A stretch of DNA of 59,698 bases, the filler included. It is 6 parts of 6 records of this genome, joined end to end, with 100 filler letters (N's around TTAATTAATTAA, not from the genome) between each part and the next. Parts side by side here need not be neighbours in the genome. Positions count along the whole stretch, not along the records: positions 27,481 to 38,350 come from SRR20825006_2864; 5 more parts are not named here. One strand, given 5' to 3'. A program made the position numbers and the translations under genes. The notes below the pieces were generated by a model. The model had not been told where the DNA came from and searched no databases. It saw nothing but the letters and a program-made list of their open reading frames with translations. This document shows positions 27,725 to 38,350 of this stretch, one piece after another (the stretch's first letter is position 1; each line of letters opens with the position of its first letter).

Positions 27725-30562
27725 TCAATCAATGAACACAAATTCGTTCGCGTTGAACAACACCAAGCACATGTCCGCGATCGCTCGCGTTTTCGCGTCG
27801 ACCTCCCAAGGCTTCAAATCGCTCTGGTAGTCCTCGAATGATGGCAACCACTCCGTGTACTCAAACGGACGCCCCGAAAACTCTTCCACCAAAGAGCGCG
27901 TGATCTCGGTGGGATAAGTTCGCGGCTTCGGTTTGATGTCAGAGTGATACTCCGTCATGTCCTTGATGTAGCGTTTCATTCGCTGCATCTGCGAATCAGT
28001 CGGCAAACGCCCCAACGTCAACTCAAAAGCCCGATTGATTTGATCAGTCAACTGGTCCGCTTCCCGTTGCAGACGCACCGACATCGCAATCGAACGATCG
28101 GTCATCACATCGCTATTGAGCAACGTGAACGCTTGCGGCGAAACCGAAGCAGCGTCGCGAAGGTCTGCGGAGTCGTTTGGATTGGGTTTGTTCAACACTT
28201 CCAAGAACGGATCCGCTTGTCCACGAACGCGGTACGAATAGATCGATCGACGATTCCGTTCTTCCGGCGTCCGCGATGGCAAATACGCGGGCGCGATTGA
28301 GAATTGAATCATTCGCGGTTCCAACGCGACTTCCATGTTGATCTCGGGTCGCGCTGGCAAACCACCGATTTCCGGATTCAACTCACCCGTGACAGCCAAC
28401 AAGCTATCTCGAATTTCTTCCGCTGTCATTCGGCGTGGTGAGAATCGGGCAAACCAAGTGTTGTCTGGGTCTTGGTCCGCATTCGGATGCTCCGTGCTAC
28501 GACGGTACGCGTCGGACTTCAAAATCAGGCGGTGCATTGACTTGATCGACCAACCACTGTCTACAAACTTGTCAGCCATCCAGTCGAGCAATTCGGGATG
28601 CGTTGGCGCAGAACCTTTGACGCCAAAATTGTTTGGCGTGGCAACGATGCCGCGTCCAAAGTGGTACTGCCAAATTCGGTTGACGATCGACCGCGTGCTC
28701 ATTGGGTTGTCAGGATGGGCAATCCACTTCGCCAATCCCAACCGGCGCCCGTTAAGCGTATCCGGTAAAGCGTAAGGATCATCGTCGGGAGCACCTTCGA
28801 CGGGCAGATTGCAACCGCTCAGCACACCCGGTGTCACAGGGTCGCCAGGTGCGGCCAACGATCCACCGTTGAAGATAAACGACTCTGGCCGCCAATCTTC
28901 TTTGATCTTTTCCGGTGCACGCAATTTGCGAGCGTTCATCCAGGTGTCTTGCGCGTTGACGACGGTTTGGACCATCGGCTGATATCGTTCCAGACGTCGA
29001 TTCCAAATCCAAACGTCTTGCTCGCGAACTTTCAATCGTCCCTGTTCCATTTCGCTCAGTCCGACCGCACGCGGGGGCTTTTCCGCATCCGGGTCGTCCT
29101 TGCGAGCGTTCAGATCCTTGTACTCTTTCCCGTGTTCCTCGTACCACTTGCGAGCCGCTTCTTCCCGCTGGCGAGTCAAGCGATCCGCACGCGTTTTTGC
29201 GTATTCGTACAAGGCCTGTGTTTGCTGCTTTCCTTCTTCGAAACCGGCCAAGTTTTCTTCGGGCAAGAAGGGAGCTTCCGCTTCAACCGGTTGAGCCGTC
29301 GAAACCGCTGCGTACATTCGGTAGTAATCCTGCGTCGGCACAGGATCGAACTTGTGATCGTGACACTTGCAACAACGCATCGGCATCGAAAGGAACGACT
29401 GGCCAATGCTGTGCACCATGTCGTCTCGCAAGATCTGACGGGCTTCTTCGAGAGGCACCATGGCGGTGTCCCAAGGTCCCATTCGCAGGAACCCAGTCGC
29501 GATCAAAGCCTCAACGCGATCCGGATCATCGACCGGCTTATCGGCATGCAGCTCATCGCCCGCGATTTGTTCAATGATGAATTCGTTGTACGGTTTGTCT
29601 TCGTTCAAACTGCGAATGACATAGTCGCGGTATCGCCAAGCGTTGGAGCGTTCGTAGTCGTTCGAGAAACCACCCGTGTCGGCATAACGCACCACGTCCA
29701 ACCAGTGTTGAGCCCAGCGTTCACCGTAGTGCGGACTGGCAAGCAACTCCTCAATCAAATCGTCCCAGGCCGCTTCTGAATCCTTTTCCCAAGCCGACAA
29801 GAACTCGCGTTTCTGGGTGGGAGTCGGTGGCAAACCCAACATGTCAAAGTAGACACGGCGGAGCAACGTATTGGGATCGGCATCCGGCGCTGGTTCCAAA
29901 CCCTTCTCATCCAATTTTGCGTTGACGAACCCATCCACGCTGTCGTGCTCGAACTCCGTTCGACGCGGAAGGAATCCCCACACTTCGTCTTTGTTGTATC
30001 GACGATACGTCCACTCATCGCCTTGACCGCCACTGGTCGCCATCAGCACGCCGTCCTCGTTCTCCGCGACCATCGACTCTTCGTCGCGAATTTCTTTTTG
30101 GCGTTCTTCGCTTGGCCATGGAGCCCCGGCGTCGATCCACATGCGAACGATTTCGATTTGCTTTTCGTTCAGCCGGTCGTTTTCTTTGGGTGGCATTTCC
30201 AAGCCATCCCAGTTGACCGCCCAAAAGAACGGGCTGTCTTCGGCATTGCCAGGAATGATGGCGGCTTCTTCCGATTCACCACCCCGCAACAACGCATCTC
30301 GAGTGCGAACGTCATAGTCGCCTTTGATGTCGTCCGCATCAGTGCCATGACATCCCAAGCACTTTTCAGTCAGCAATGGCATGACCTTCAGCGTGAACAG
30401 ACGCTCGATATCTTCCGCGGAATGATTGGCGTCGCCGGCGGCATGAATCGCTTCTTCGGCGTGTACGTTCGCGCCGCCGTGCGACAGAAGCAATCCGCCG
30501 CCGAACAGGAGTCCAGCAAATGATGCAGTGAGAACTTGCATCCATGAATCACGGTTTTCCAT
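27725..30562 (-). CDS. Planctomycete cytochrome c (PSCyt1) / DUF1549 / DUF1553 (PSD1) protein
   Basis: CLGCHG; LLRRVYFDMLGLPP, SPHYGERWAQHWLDVVRYADT, CCKCHDHKFDP; VNRIWQYHFGRGIV, PTHPELLDW. Start taken at MENRD (overlaps upstream stop). Confidence 0.92.
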   Translation of the reverse strand: MENRDSWMQVLTASFAGLLFGGGLLLSHGGANVHAEEAIHAAGDANHSAEDIERLFTLKVMPLLTEKCLGCHGTDADDIKGDYDVRTRDALLRGGESEEAAIIPGNAEDSPFFWAVNWDGLEMPPKENDRLNEKQIEIVRMWIDAGAPWPSEERQKEIRDEESMVAENEDGVLMATSGGQGDEWTYRRYNKDEVWGFLPRRTEFEHDSVDGFVNAKLDEKGLEPAPDADPNTLLRRVYFDMLGLPPTPTQKREFLSAWEKDSEAAWDDLIEELLASPHYGERWAQHWLDVVRYADTGGFSNDYERSNAWRYRDYVIRSLNEDKPYNEFIIEQIAGDELHADKPVDDPDRVEALIATGFLRMGPWDTAMVPLEEARQILRDDMVHSIGQSFLSMPMRCCKCHDHKFDPVPTQDYYRMYAAVSTAQPVEAEAPFLPEENLAGFEEGKQQTQALYEYAKTRADRLTRQREEAARKWYEEHGKEYKDLNARKDDPDAEKPPRAVGLSEMEQGRLKVREQDVWIWNRRLERYQPMVQTVVNAQDTWMNARKLRAPEKIKEDWRPESFIFNGGSLAAPGDPVTPGVLSGCNLPVEGAPDDDPYALPDTLNGRRLGLAKWIAHPDNPMSTRSIVNRIWQYHFGRGIVATPNNFGVKGSAPTHPELLDWMADKFVDSGWSIKSMHRLILKSDAYRRSTEHPNADQDPDNTWFARFSPRRMTAEEIRDSLLAVTGELNPEIGGLPARPEINMEVALEPRMIQFSIAPAYLPSRTPEERNRRSIYSYRVRGQADPFLEVLNKPNPNDSADLRDAASVSPQAFTLLNSDVMTDRSIAMSVRLQREADQLTDQINRAFELTLGRLPTDSQMQRMKRYIKDMTEYHSDIKPKPRTYPTEITRSLVEEFSGRPFEYTEWLPSFEDYQSDLKPWEVDAKTRAIADMCLVLFNANEFVFID

Positions 30563-32222
30563 GTTCAACCATTTCCTTGATTTCTGTGGGGGAAAGAGCG
30601 GCGGCAAAAATTGCCAGCTCGTCCAAGCTGCCATTCAGGTTTCGAATGGCAAAATGTTCGTCGGGTTCCAAAGGTGTGGACCAATTCCCGATCGACGCCA
30701 TTCCAATTCGAGTGGTGCGAACGAGTTGGTGATCAGGGATGTGGTCCACACTCAGGACATCCCCGTTCAAATAATGTGTGGTCGTTGCGTTCTCAACGTC
30801 GTAAACCACCGCCAAGTGCAGCCATTGACCGCTGAGCGACGGATTCCAAAAGGATGGCGACAAAGCGACGTAGTGCGGTGGACCAACACTGGGTTGGTCT
30901 CCATTGGCTTCGGTCGATGCTCGGACCGAAAAATGAATCTCACCGGTATCGAGTATCTGCCAGTGAGGCTCGCCGAGCTGATAACTGTCCGTCAAAAACA
31001 ACGAGTTGTACCAACGGTCCAAACTGTCAATGCGAACCCAAGTCGCCATCGTGAGCGAACCGAATTCACCGGGAACGTTCACCCGAACCCGATCGCCAGG
31101 GCGTTTGAATTGAAGCGCCGGCTTGGCATCCCACCGGCCTCTCGTCACGGTGGCTCCAACAATCGCACCGTCCAAATCCGCGTTTCGTGGCACGGTGTCG
31201 TTCGTCAAGAACCGCTGGCCTTTCAGGGGCGAGTCCATCGCGAAATAGGCGATCAATCGCGAATCTTTGCGAAGCGTTTCGCTTGCCAGCCGCCATTGTT
31301 GGTAACGTTCGTTTTCCTGGGTTTCGGCGAGACGTTGCAATTCGGCCGCATCGACAAATCGCTCCGGGGTCATGGGCGAATCGATCAATCCAATCCCAAC
31401 GCCGCTTCGTCGTTGCAACGACTTTCCAGCGACGACCAATTGAGGCTGATCTTCATCGACCTGCAATTCGACTTCGCCGTCGAAGACCTGGACGTTGGAA
31501 CCCTCTTCGGAAACTTCTAAGCCGAATTCCGTACCGAGATCGACCACCTTCATGTCATTCGTTCGCACCACAAACCCGCGGGCTGCCGGCGGCACTTCCG
31601 CTCGGATGCGTCCGCGATGCATGATCGCTTCGGCGGCCGAGACCAATTCCATTTCAGCGGGTCCGTGCAGGACGACCGTCGCACCGTTCAAAAATTCAAT
31701 CTGGGCCCAGCCGGATTCCAAACGAACCGAGCCTGGGTTGAGAGCCGCGTTGACGCTGAGCGAGTGTGAAGTTGATCCGGACGCGTCATGGATGACCGCG
31801 TCTTTGGCATCGACCAACTGAGTGACGACTGCAACACCCGACGATGTCGGTTCGTCCGACAACGTTCGAACACTCGCTAGCGCGGTCTCGGCGACTGGAG
31901 CGGAGGGACGTGTTTCGAGTTGCACCCAGCGGAACGTGACCGCAATCAACAACGCGGCAGCGGAGGCGATCACCCATCGATAGATTTGTCGCTCGGACCG
32001 AACCTTTCGATCCGTTTCGGCAGGAACAACGCTAGCTCGATTCTTCGACGGTGCCGGTGTTCCGTCTTGCAAGGCGATTGTCATCATCTGCCAACGAGCA
32101 AACTTGGCCCGCGACTCTGGGTCACGCCGCAGCAATTCGTTCAACTGCTGACGATCGGCGGGATCAAGTGTTCCCTCTTCGCTGGCCAGCAACAGTTCTT
32201 CGATGGTTTTGGATGAACTCAA
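30549..32222 (-). CDS. FecR-like anti-sigma factor with C-terminal LamG/ConA-like domain
   Basis: N-terminal anti-sigma helix, TM segment, GFVVRT...VVDLGTEFG...QVFDGEV (FecR), WLHLAVVYD...LNGSLDELAIF (LamG). Confidence 0.88.
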   Translation of the reverse strand: MSSSKTIEELLLASEEGTLDPADRQQLNELLRRDPESRAKFARWQMMTIALQDGTPAPSKNRASVVPAETDRKVRSERQIYRWVIASAAALLIAVTFRWVQLETRPSAPVAETALASVRTLSDEPTSSGVAVVTQLVDAKDAVIHDASGSTSHSLSVNAALNPGSVRLESGWAQIEFLNGATVVLHGPAEMELVSAAEAIMHRGRIRAEVPPAARGFVVRTNDMKVVDLGTEFGLEVSEEGSNVQVFDGEVELQVDEDQPQLVVAGKSLQRRSGVGIGLIDSPMTPERFVDAAELQRLAETQENERYQQWRLASETLRKDSRLIAYFAMDSPLKGQRFLTNDTVPRNADLDGAIVGATVTRGRWDAKPALQFKRPGDRVRVNVPGEFGSLTMATWVRIDSLDRWYNSLFLTDSYQLGEPHWQILDTGEIHFSVRASTEANGDQPSVGPPHYVALSPSFWNPSLSGQWLHLAVVYDVENATTTHYLNGDVLSVDHIPDHQLVRTTRIGMASIGNWSTPLEPDEHFAIRNLNGSLDELAIFAAALSPTEIKEMVEHGKP

Positions 32223-32779
32223 GAGGCACCTCCGGTTGCCAAGCGACGTTCAATGCATTCAGCCAACTGCCGGCGGACTCGCATCAACGTCACGCGGACG
32301 TTCGAGCTTCCCTGACTCATGGCGTTGGCGATTTGATCGATGGTTTGGGATTCGAAGTAACGATCCTGGATCATTTGCCGACGCTTTTCCGGCAAAGAAT
32401 TCAAACACTCCGAAAGAGCGGACTGGATTTCGTGCAAACGTTCGGCCTCCGTCTCAACTTCCGTCGAAACCAATTCCGCAACGTCGGCATCGAGCAGCGA
32501 CGGGGCTCGGCGTTTGTCGCGCAGATTCGAAAGCACCTGCAAACGAGCGATTCCGAACGCCCAAGGCAAAAACGGCTTGCCGATTTGATAGTCCGCTTTG
32601 CGTCGCCAGAGCACCAAATTGGTTTCCTGCAACACGTCCGCGGCTCGGTTCGCGTCCCCCATCAACGATTGGATGTAGGCACCAATCCGAGGCTGATATT
32701 CCGTCACCAATTGCACAAAGTGCTCCTCCGCTGATTCAGCGGTCGGGCGGTTTGCGGCAGGATGGGAACGATCGGTCAT
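32219..32779 (-). CDS. ECF sigma-70 factor (Rhodopirellula/Verrucomicrobium type)
   Basis: ADVLQETNLVLWRR, FLPWAFGIAR, region 4 VRVTLMRVRRQLAEC; stop overlaps the fecR start. Confidence 0.92.
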   Translation of the reverse strand: MTDRSHPAANRPTAESAEEHFVQLVTEYQPRIGAYIQSLMGDANRAADVLQETNLVLWRRKADYQIGKPFLPWAFGIARLQVLSNLRDKRRAPSLLDADVAELVSTEVETEAERLHEIQSALSECLNSLPEKRRQMIQDRYFESQTIDQIANAMSQGSSNVRVTLMRVRRQLAECIERRLATGGAS

Positions 32780-32996
32780 GAACAGATTTTAATGGCGGGC
32801 ATTTTGGTCTCACTAGCAATTGCGGCGAGATTCCCGTTCGTTACAAAAAACCCGAGATTTTTCATGCGTTGTTCCTAAAAAAGCGGATTTCGGGGGAAAA
32901 CTGCCCGAACCTGCCTCTCAATCCACTCTCTTGGCATAGGTGAAGGCAGCCGGTCCCTCCGGTCAACAAAACCGTCCCGGCTGGTAAACTGCTCGA

Positions 32997-33446
32997 ATGA
33001 GAAACACTGCCCCGCTCGTCTACCCATCCGCCGTCGATCGTTGGCTGCTTGTTCTGCTGCTCGCCCCGATCTTCATGACCATCGCGTTCGCCGCGTATTT
33101 GTTGAACGAAGGCCGCGCCGATGAGGCCGGCACCATGATCCTGATGGCCGCTGCGATCGCCGCGGTGACCGGTGTGTTCACGATTCCATGCCGCTACACC
33201 TTGTTGGACGATGCTCTCTCGATTCGCTGCGGGCTGATCTGTTACCAAGTCGCCTACGCCGATATCACCGAAGCGATTCCCTCGTCGACTTGGATCAGCG
33301 GTCCGGCGATGTCACTGAAAAGGGTGATTGTTCGCACCGCCAAACGCGATCACATCCTTTCACCCGAAGAACGAGAACGCTTCATCGAGGAATTGATGGA
33401 CCGAGTTGCCCGATCGATGGATCCACGTGAATCAGAAACCAAGTAG
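32997..33446 (+). CDS. Membrane-anchored bacterial PH-domain protein
   Basis: YPSAVDRW, two TM segments, CRYTL...L.IRCG, SGPAMSLKRV, ILSPEERERF. Confidence 0.72.
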   Translation: MRNTAPLVYPSAVDRWLLVLLLAPIFMTIAFAAYLLNEGRADEAGTMILMAAAIAAVTGVFTIPCRYTLLDDALSIRCGLICYQVAYADITEAIPSSTWISGPAMSLKRVIVRTAKRDHILSPEERERFIEELMDRVARSMDPRESETK

Positions 33447-36400
33447 CCCGCTGAAACCGCACAGTCCCTCCCTGCCCAGCGACGCCGAACTTCCACCGGT
33501 CGATCTTGCACCAACGGATCCTGGACCGAGCGACGATGGAGCTGCTGGCGCCAATCGGCCCGTCGGAGCAACCGGTCCGGCCGATCCGCCGATCAAAATC
33601 GAATACCCGAGCGATTTGCCGATAACGGCCCATCGCGACGCGATTGTGGATCTGCTCGCCGAAAACCAAGTCCTGGTCGTGTGCGGCGAAACGGGCAGCG
33701 GCAAAAGCACGCAGCTTCCCAAGATGCTGCTCGATGCCGGTTTGGGTGAGCACGGCATGATCGGTCACACCCAACCCCGGCGTTTGGCCGCGCGCAGCAT
33801 CGCGACTCGCTTGGCGGAGGAAACTGAAACCAAGCTCGGTGGAGCGATCGGTTATCAAGTTCGCTTCGGAGATCAAACCAGCGATCGCACCAAGATCAAA
33901 CTGATGACCGACGGGATTCTGCTGGCGGAAACTCGAACCGATCGCGAGCTTCGAAACTACAGCGCGATCATCATCGACGAGGCCCACGAGCGTTCGCTCA
34001 ACATTGATTTCTTGATGGGCTACCTGCGGCAACTGATCGACCGTCGCCCTGAACTGAAAGTCATCATCACATCGGCGACGATCGACGCTGAACGCTTTGC
34101 CGAACACTTTGGCACCTATTCCGAAGAAGCCGCCAGCGATCCGGAAAACGAATCGAACGTCACTCCGGCTCCGATTCTGCAAGTCGAAGGCCGCGGTTAC
34201 CCAGTCGAACTGCGTTACTTGCCCTGGGAAGACATCGCCGGCGAAGACGCTGAGATCGACGGTCGTCATTACGATCTTTCGCGACACGTGATCGGCGGTC
34301 TCGATTCGCTCTCGCGAGACGGCAGCGGCGACACGCTGGTGTTCCTGCCCACCGAACGCGACATTCGCGAAGTCAGCCACCACGTCGCGGGCCACTACAA
34401 ACGGATGGGGCTGACCAACCGAGTCGAACTGTTGCCGCTGTATGCCCGGCTGCCTCAATCACAACAACAAGCGATCTTTCACCCCAGCGGCAACAAACGC
34501 CGGATCATTTTTGCAACCAACGTCGCGGAGTCATCGCTGACGGTTCCCGGGATCCGTTACGTGATCGATTCGGGAACGGCTCGTATCAGTCGCTACAGTG
34601 CGCGAACGAAGGTCCAGCGTTTACCTGTCGAAGCGATCAGCCGCGCCAGTGCCAACCAGCGTTCGGGCCGTTGCGGACGGGTCGGCCCCGGCATCTGCGT
34701 GCGACTCTACAGCGCCGAAGACTTTGAAACTCGCGACGCGTTCACGACTCCCGAGATCCGACGAACGAACCTCGCCAGCGTTGTGCTGCAGAGCAAAACG
34801 CTGCGTCTCGGTCGCCTGGAAGAGTTCCCGCTGATCGATCCACCCCGTGCCGAAGCCATCCGCGAAGGCATGCGAACGCTGCACGAACTGGGGGCCATCG
34901 ACGAAGACAAAGAACTCACGGAGATCGGTTGGCAACTCGGTCGTCTGCCCGTTGACCCGCGAGTCGGCCGCATCCTGATCGCTGCGAAAGAGATGGGAGT
35001 GCTGCCGGAAGTCCTTCCGATTGCCGCGGCGATGGAAAATCCCGATCCGCGTGATCGGCCACCTGAGAAGCGTGCCGCCGCTGACGAAGCTCATACGGCG
35101 TTCAAAGATCCTGAAAGTGACTTCCTTTCGCTGCTACGACTTTGGCGTTTCTACGACACGATGCGTAGCGATCACAGCCGTGGAAAGCTCACGCGGATTC
35201 TTCGCAAGAACTTTTTGTCGCCCACGCGAATGCGAGAGTGGTCGGACGTCTATCGACAACTCAAAGAGATGTCGGCATCGATTGGCGAAAACAAACGTCG
35301 CTCCAAAAACAAATCGTCGACGTCCCGCGGATCCGTCGGAAAGATTCGCTACGCCGAGCTCGATCCAGCCAAAGCCGACCAAGAACAACCGGTCGTTGAT
35401 TCGGACAAGTACGCTCTGATTCATCAGGCATTGATGACCGGCTTACTGTCCGGGATCGCCATGGCCGGCGACAAGAACGAGTACACCGGTGCGGGCGGAC
35501 TGAAGTTGTTCCTGTGGCCCGGCAGTGGCATCTTCGAAGCCAAACCCAAATGGATCGTCGCCGCAGAATTGGTCGAAACGGCCAAGCAATACGCTCGCAC
35601 GTGTGCAAGGATCCAACCCGGATGGATCGAGGCCGTTGCGCCGCACTTGCTGAAGGCTTCCTACAGCGATCCACATTGGAGTCGCAAAAGTGGCGGTGCG
35701 TTCTGCTACCAGCGTCAATCGTTGTTCGGTTTGCCTGTCGTCGTCCGCCGGCGAGTCCCCCTGGCGCCCATCGATCCAGCAACCTCGCGGGATTTGTTGA
35801 TTCGCCACGGATTGGTCGAGAACGAATTGCCGACGACGGCGAAGTTTGTACGGCACAATCGACGCTTGATCGAATCGATCGAAAAACTCGCCGCGAAAAC
35901 CCGTCGACGCGACTTGGTGGTTGACGACTATTCTCTGTTGTCGTTTTACGCGTCGCGTTTACCCGAGGACGTTTGCGATCGACCGAGGCTGGAAAAGTTT
36001 GACCGTCAAAACCCGGCACCAGCCTGGGCATCCAAACTGAACGACGACGTCGCGCTGGCGGCCTGGTTGGCCGATCCTCCCGCAACGGATCCCAACGACG
36101 AGCATTCCGAAACGACGCCCTATCTGCGTCCACAAGACATCCTGTCCGTCGATTCCGTCGCGATCGCCGCTGACGCTTACCCCGATGAGTTCGCCGCCGG
36201 TTCGTCACGTTTGCCGCTTCAATATCACTTTCGTCCAGGAGCCGAGGACGACGGGGTTCACCTGACCATCCACGAAGCCGCGCTCCCGCAAGTCAGCGAC
36301 GACGCGCTGGGATGGTTGGTTCCCGGACTGCTGGAACCCAAGGTCATCGCGATGATCAAATCGTTGCCCAAACGATTGCGTCGCAACTTGGTTCCCGCCG

Positions 36401-37560
36401 CCGATGTCGCTGCCAGAGTGGTCGCCGAAATTTCTGACAAACGCGGGCAAGTCCCGTTCATGCCAACGCTATGCGAAGCGTTGACGCGTCACGCGGAAGT
36501 CCGAGTGGTTGAGTCCGATTTCCAAGACGAAAAACTTGAGCCTCATCTGCAGTTCCTCGTCAACGTCGTCGACGACACCGGCAACGTCATCGAGAAGACT
36601 CGTGGGGTCGACGCGGTCAAAGCCAAGCTTGGTTCACGAATCATCGACGACTCTGAAGTCGCCGCGGCAGCCAGCGGTCCGGAAGCGGATTGGTCACGCG
36701 AGAAGATGACATCGTTCGATCTGGACGTGCTGCCTCGCGAGGTCGTCCGCAAACGCGGCGGCGTGCAAGTCGCGCAGTACCCCGGACTGGTCGATCAAGG
36801 CGACTCGGTGTCCACCAAATTGTTCTCCGACGAAGCGACCGCCGAAAACGCCACGCGTCTGGGCATGATGCGACTCTTTGCAATCGCTTGTCGCAAAGAC
36901 CTGCGAGCCCAGGTTCGCCATTTGCCCGCCCTCGCGGACGCCAAAATCAAATTGGCACCGATTGTTTCCTCTGCCGTGATTGAAACGGCGCTCGCGGATC
37001 TGATCGCTCGCGTGGCTTTGGTCGAAAGTCAACCGTGTCGCAAGATGCCGGTGGTTCGAAAGCGAGCCGAGTTTGACGAACGCATCCAAATGGCGCCCCA
37101 GCGAATCGGAGAAGCCACACAAGACATCGCTGGATGGCTGGGCAAATTGACCGACGCGTACCACTCCATGCGTTGCCAATGGGAAGAATCCAGTTCCCCA
37201 AAAATGAACGACGTTCGCGTCGATGTCATGCAACAAATCGAATGGCTCGTCGCGGATCAATTCATTCAGTGGACACCATGGCAACACCTTCAACATCTGC
37301 CCCGATACCTGAGTGCGATCGCCTACCGTCTGGACAAAGCGTCCAGCGCAGCATCACGAGATGCGGAGGGACGGCAGTTGATCGATCGGTTGTGGCAACG
37401 TTGGTTGAGTGGTTTGCCGGAAGACCGCCGGGACCCGAAATCACAATGCACCAGCGAATTTCGCTGGTTGATCGAGGAACTCCGAGTCAGCCAATTCGCT
37501 CAGCCACTTGGCACGGCGGTGAAAGTCTCTGAGAAACGCTGCGAAAAGCTGTTAAGCTGA
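33406..37560 (+). CDS. hrpA: ATP-dependent RNA helicase HrpA
   Basis: GETGSGKST, TQPRR, DEAH, SAT, ATNVAESSLT, QRSGRCGR, C-terminal RWLIEELRVSQFAQ (DUF3418-like). Start may be GTG 33427. Confidence 0.96.
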   Translation: MPDRWIHVNQKPSSPLKPHSPSLPSDAELPPVDLAPTDPGPSDDGAAGANRPVGATGPADPPIKIEYPSDLPITAHRDAIVDLLAENQVLVVCGETGSGKSTQLPKMLLDAGLGEHGMIGHTQPRRLAARSIATRLAEETETKLGGAIGYQVRFGDQTSDRTKIKLMTDGILLAETRTDRELRNYSAIIIDEAHERSLNIDFLMGYLRQLIDRRPELKVIITSATIDAERFAEHFGTYSEEAASDPENESNVTPAPILQVEGRGYPVELRYLPWEDIAGEDAEIDGRHYDLSRHVIGGLDSLSRDGSGDTLVFLPTERDIREVSHHVAGHYKRMGLTNRVELLPLYARLPQSQQQAIFHPSGNKRRIIFATNVAESSLTVPGIRYVIDSGTARISRYSARTKVQRLPVEAISRASANQRSGRCGRVGPGICVRLYSAEDFETRDAFTTPEIRRTNLASVVLQSKTLRLGRLEEFPLIDPPRAEAIREGMRTLHELGAIDEDKELTEIGWQLGRLPVDPRVGRILIAAKEMGVLPEVLPIAAAMENPDPRDRPPEKRAAADEAHTAFKDPESDFLSLLRLWRFYDTMRSDHSRGKLTRILRKNFLSPTRMREWSDVYRQLKEMSASIGENKRRSKNKSSTSRGSVGKIRYAELDPAKADQEQPVVDSDKYALIHQALMTGLLSGIAMAGDKNEYTGAGGLKLFLWPGSGIFEAKPKWIVAAELVETAKQYARTCARIQPGWIEAVAPHLLKASYSDPHWSRKSGGAFCYQRQSLFGLPVVVRRRVPLAPIDPATSRDLLIRHGLVENELPTTAKFVRHNRRLIESIEKLAAKTRRRDLVVDDYSLLSFYASRLPEDVCDRPRLEKFDRQNPAPAWASKLNDDVALAAWLADPPATDPNDEHSETTPYLRPQDILSVDSVAIAADAYPDEFAAGSSRLPLQYHFRPGAEDDGVHLTIHEAALPQVSDDALGWLVPGLLEPKVIAMIKSLPKRLRRNLVPAADVAARVVAEISDKRGQVPFMPTLCEALTRHAEVRVVESDFQDEKLEPHLQFLVNVVDDTGNVIEKTRGVDAVKAKLGSRIIDDSEVAAAASGPEADWSREKMTSFDLDVLPREVVRKRGGVQVAQYPGLVDQGDSVSTKLFSDEATAENATRLGMMRLFAIACRKDLRAQVRHLPALADAKIKLAPIVSSAVIETALADLIARVALVESQPCRKMPVVRKRAEFDERIQMAPQRIGEATQDIAGWLGKLTDAYHSMRCQWEESSSPKMNDVRVDVMQQIEWLVADQFIQWTPWQHLQHLPRYLSAIAYRLDKASSAASRDAEGRQLIDRLWQRWLSGLPEDRRDPKSQCTSEFRWLIEELRVSQFAQPLGTAVKVSEKRCEKLLS

Positions 37561-37564
37561 TCGA

Positions 37565-38152
37565 ATGTCGCCCGCCGATCCCGCCGAAGACCAACCCACC
37601 GGCAAAAGCCAACCTCTCTGGAAACGCATTTTTCGCGTGGCGTTGCCCATCGTTTTGCTGGTCGGATGCTGGTTCGCGTTCCAAACCAGCGGCGAAGACC
37701 TGCGAGCAATGCACCAACGTCTGGGCTGGATCGCACCGGTCGTCACGGTGCCACTGCATGCCGTGATTGCTGCCGCCCCGGTTCCCTCCGATGTGATCGT
37801 GATTGCCAACGGAGGCCTGTACCCCTATCCATTCGCAGTTCTGCTTGGGTGGCTGGGATGGTTTCTCGGCTCGACACTGGAGTTCCTCACCATTCGTTTG
37901 CTCACTGGCGTCGAGTCCGCGGAAGATGCCCGCCGAAAAATGCCAACATGGTTATCCCGTTGGCCCGCCGGCAGCCCTTGGTTCCTTGTTCTCGGCCGGC
38001 AAATCCCAGGCGTGGGTGCTCACCTGACCGCCGGAGTCGCTGCGGCAGGCGGAGTCTCCCTGAAGCGATACTTGCTGTGGACCGCGGTCGCCATCGTCCC
38101 CGGCGCACTTCTGCTCTCCGCCATCGGTGCACACATGCTCGGCAGCGTTTAG
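37565..38152 (+). CDS. VTT / SNARE-associated (TVP38/TMEM64, DedA superfamily) membrane protein
   Basis: PVPSDVIVIANGGLYP, LGRQIPGV, multiple TM segments. Confidence 0.78.
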   Translation: MSPADPAEDQPTGKSQPLWKRIFRVALPIVLLVGCWFAFQTSGEDLRAMHQRLGWIAPVVTVPLHAVIAAAPVPSDVIVIANGGLYPYPFAVLLGWLGWFLGSTLEFLTIRLLTGVESAEDARRKMPTWLSRWPAGSPWFLVLGRQIPGVGAHLTAGVAAAGGVSLKRYLLWTAVAIVPGALLLSAIGAHMLGSV

Positions 38153-38324
38153 CCACACGGCACGAGCGAAGCAGGTACGCGGGAATGCCTGGGTGAAATC
38201 CCGTGAGCCGTTTGGGCGATCGCCTAGACGGCGGAATGTTTGGCTTTGTGCAGCGTATCGGTTCGCGCAAACTCCGTTGCTCGCCTTCTCCATTGCTCGA
38301 CTTCTCCCCATTGGGGCGGTCCTA

Positions 38325-38350
38325 GCAGGCTGTTGATTTAGTCGCATACC
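38325..38350 (+). repeat. Second copy of the dispersed repeat, cut by contig end
   Basis: GCAGGCTGTTGATTTAGTCGCATACC. Confidence 0.5.

Noticed and set aside
28949-32781. Long plus-strand ORFs of 276, 192, 330 and 227 aa
   Set aside because: Antisense shadows of the PSD1, FecR and sigma genes.
33382-37296. Long minus-strand ORFs of 358, 315 and 200 aa
   Set aside because: Antisense to hrpA in GC-rich DNA, with no recognisable motifs.
33406-37560. Large helicase as an anti-phage defence gene
   Set aside because: Ordinary full-length HrpA with no nuclease or other defence partner nearby.
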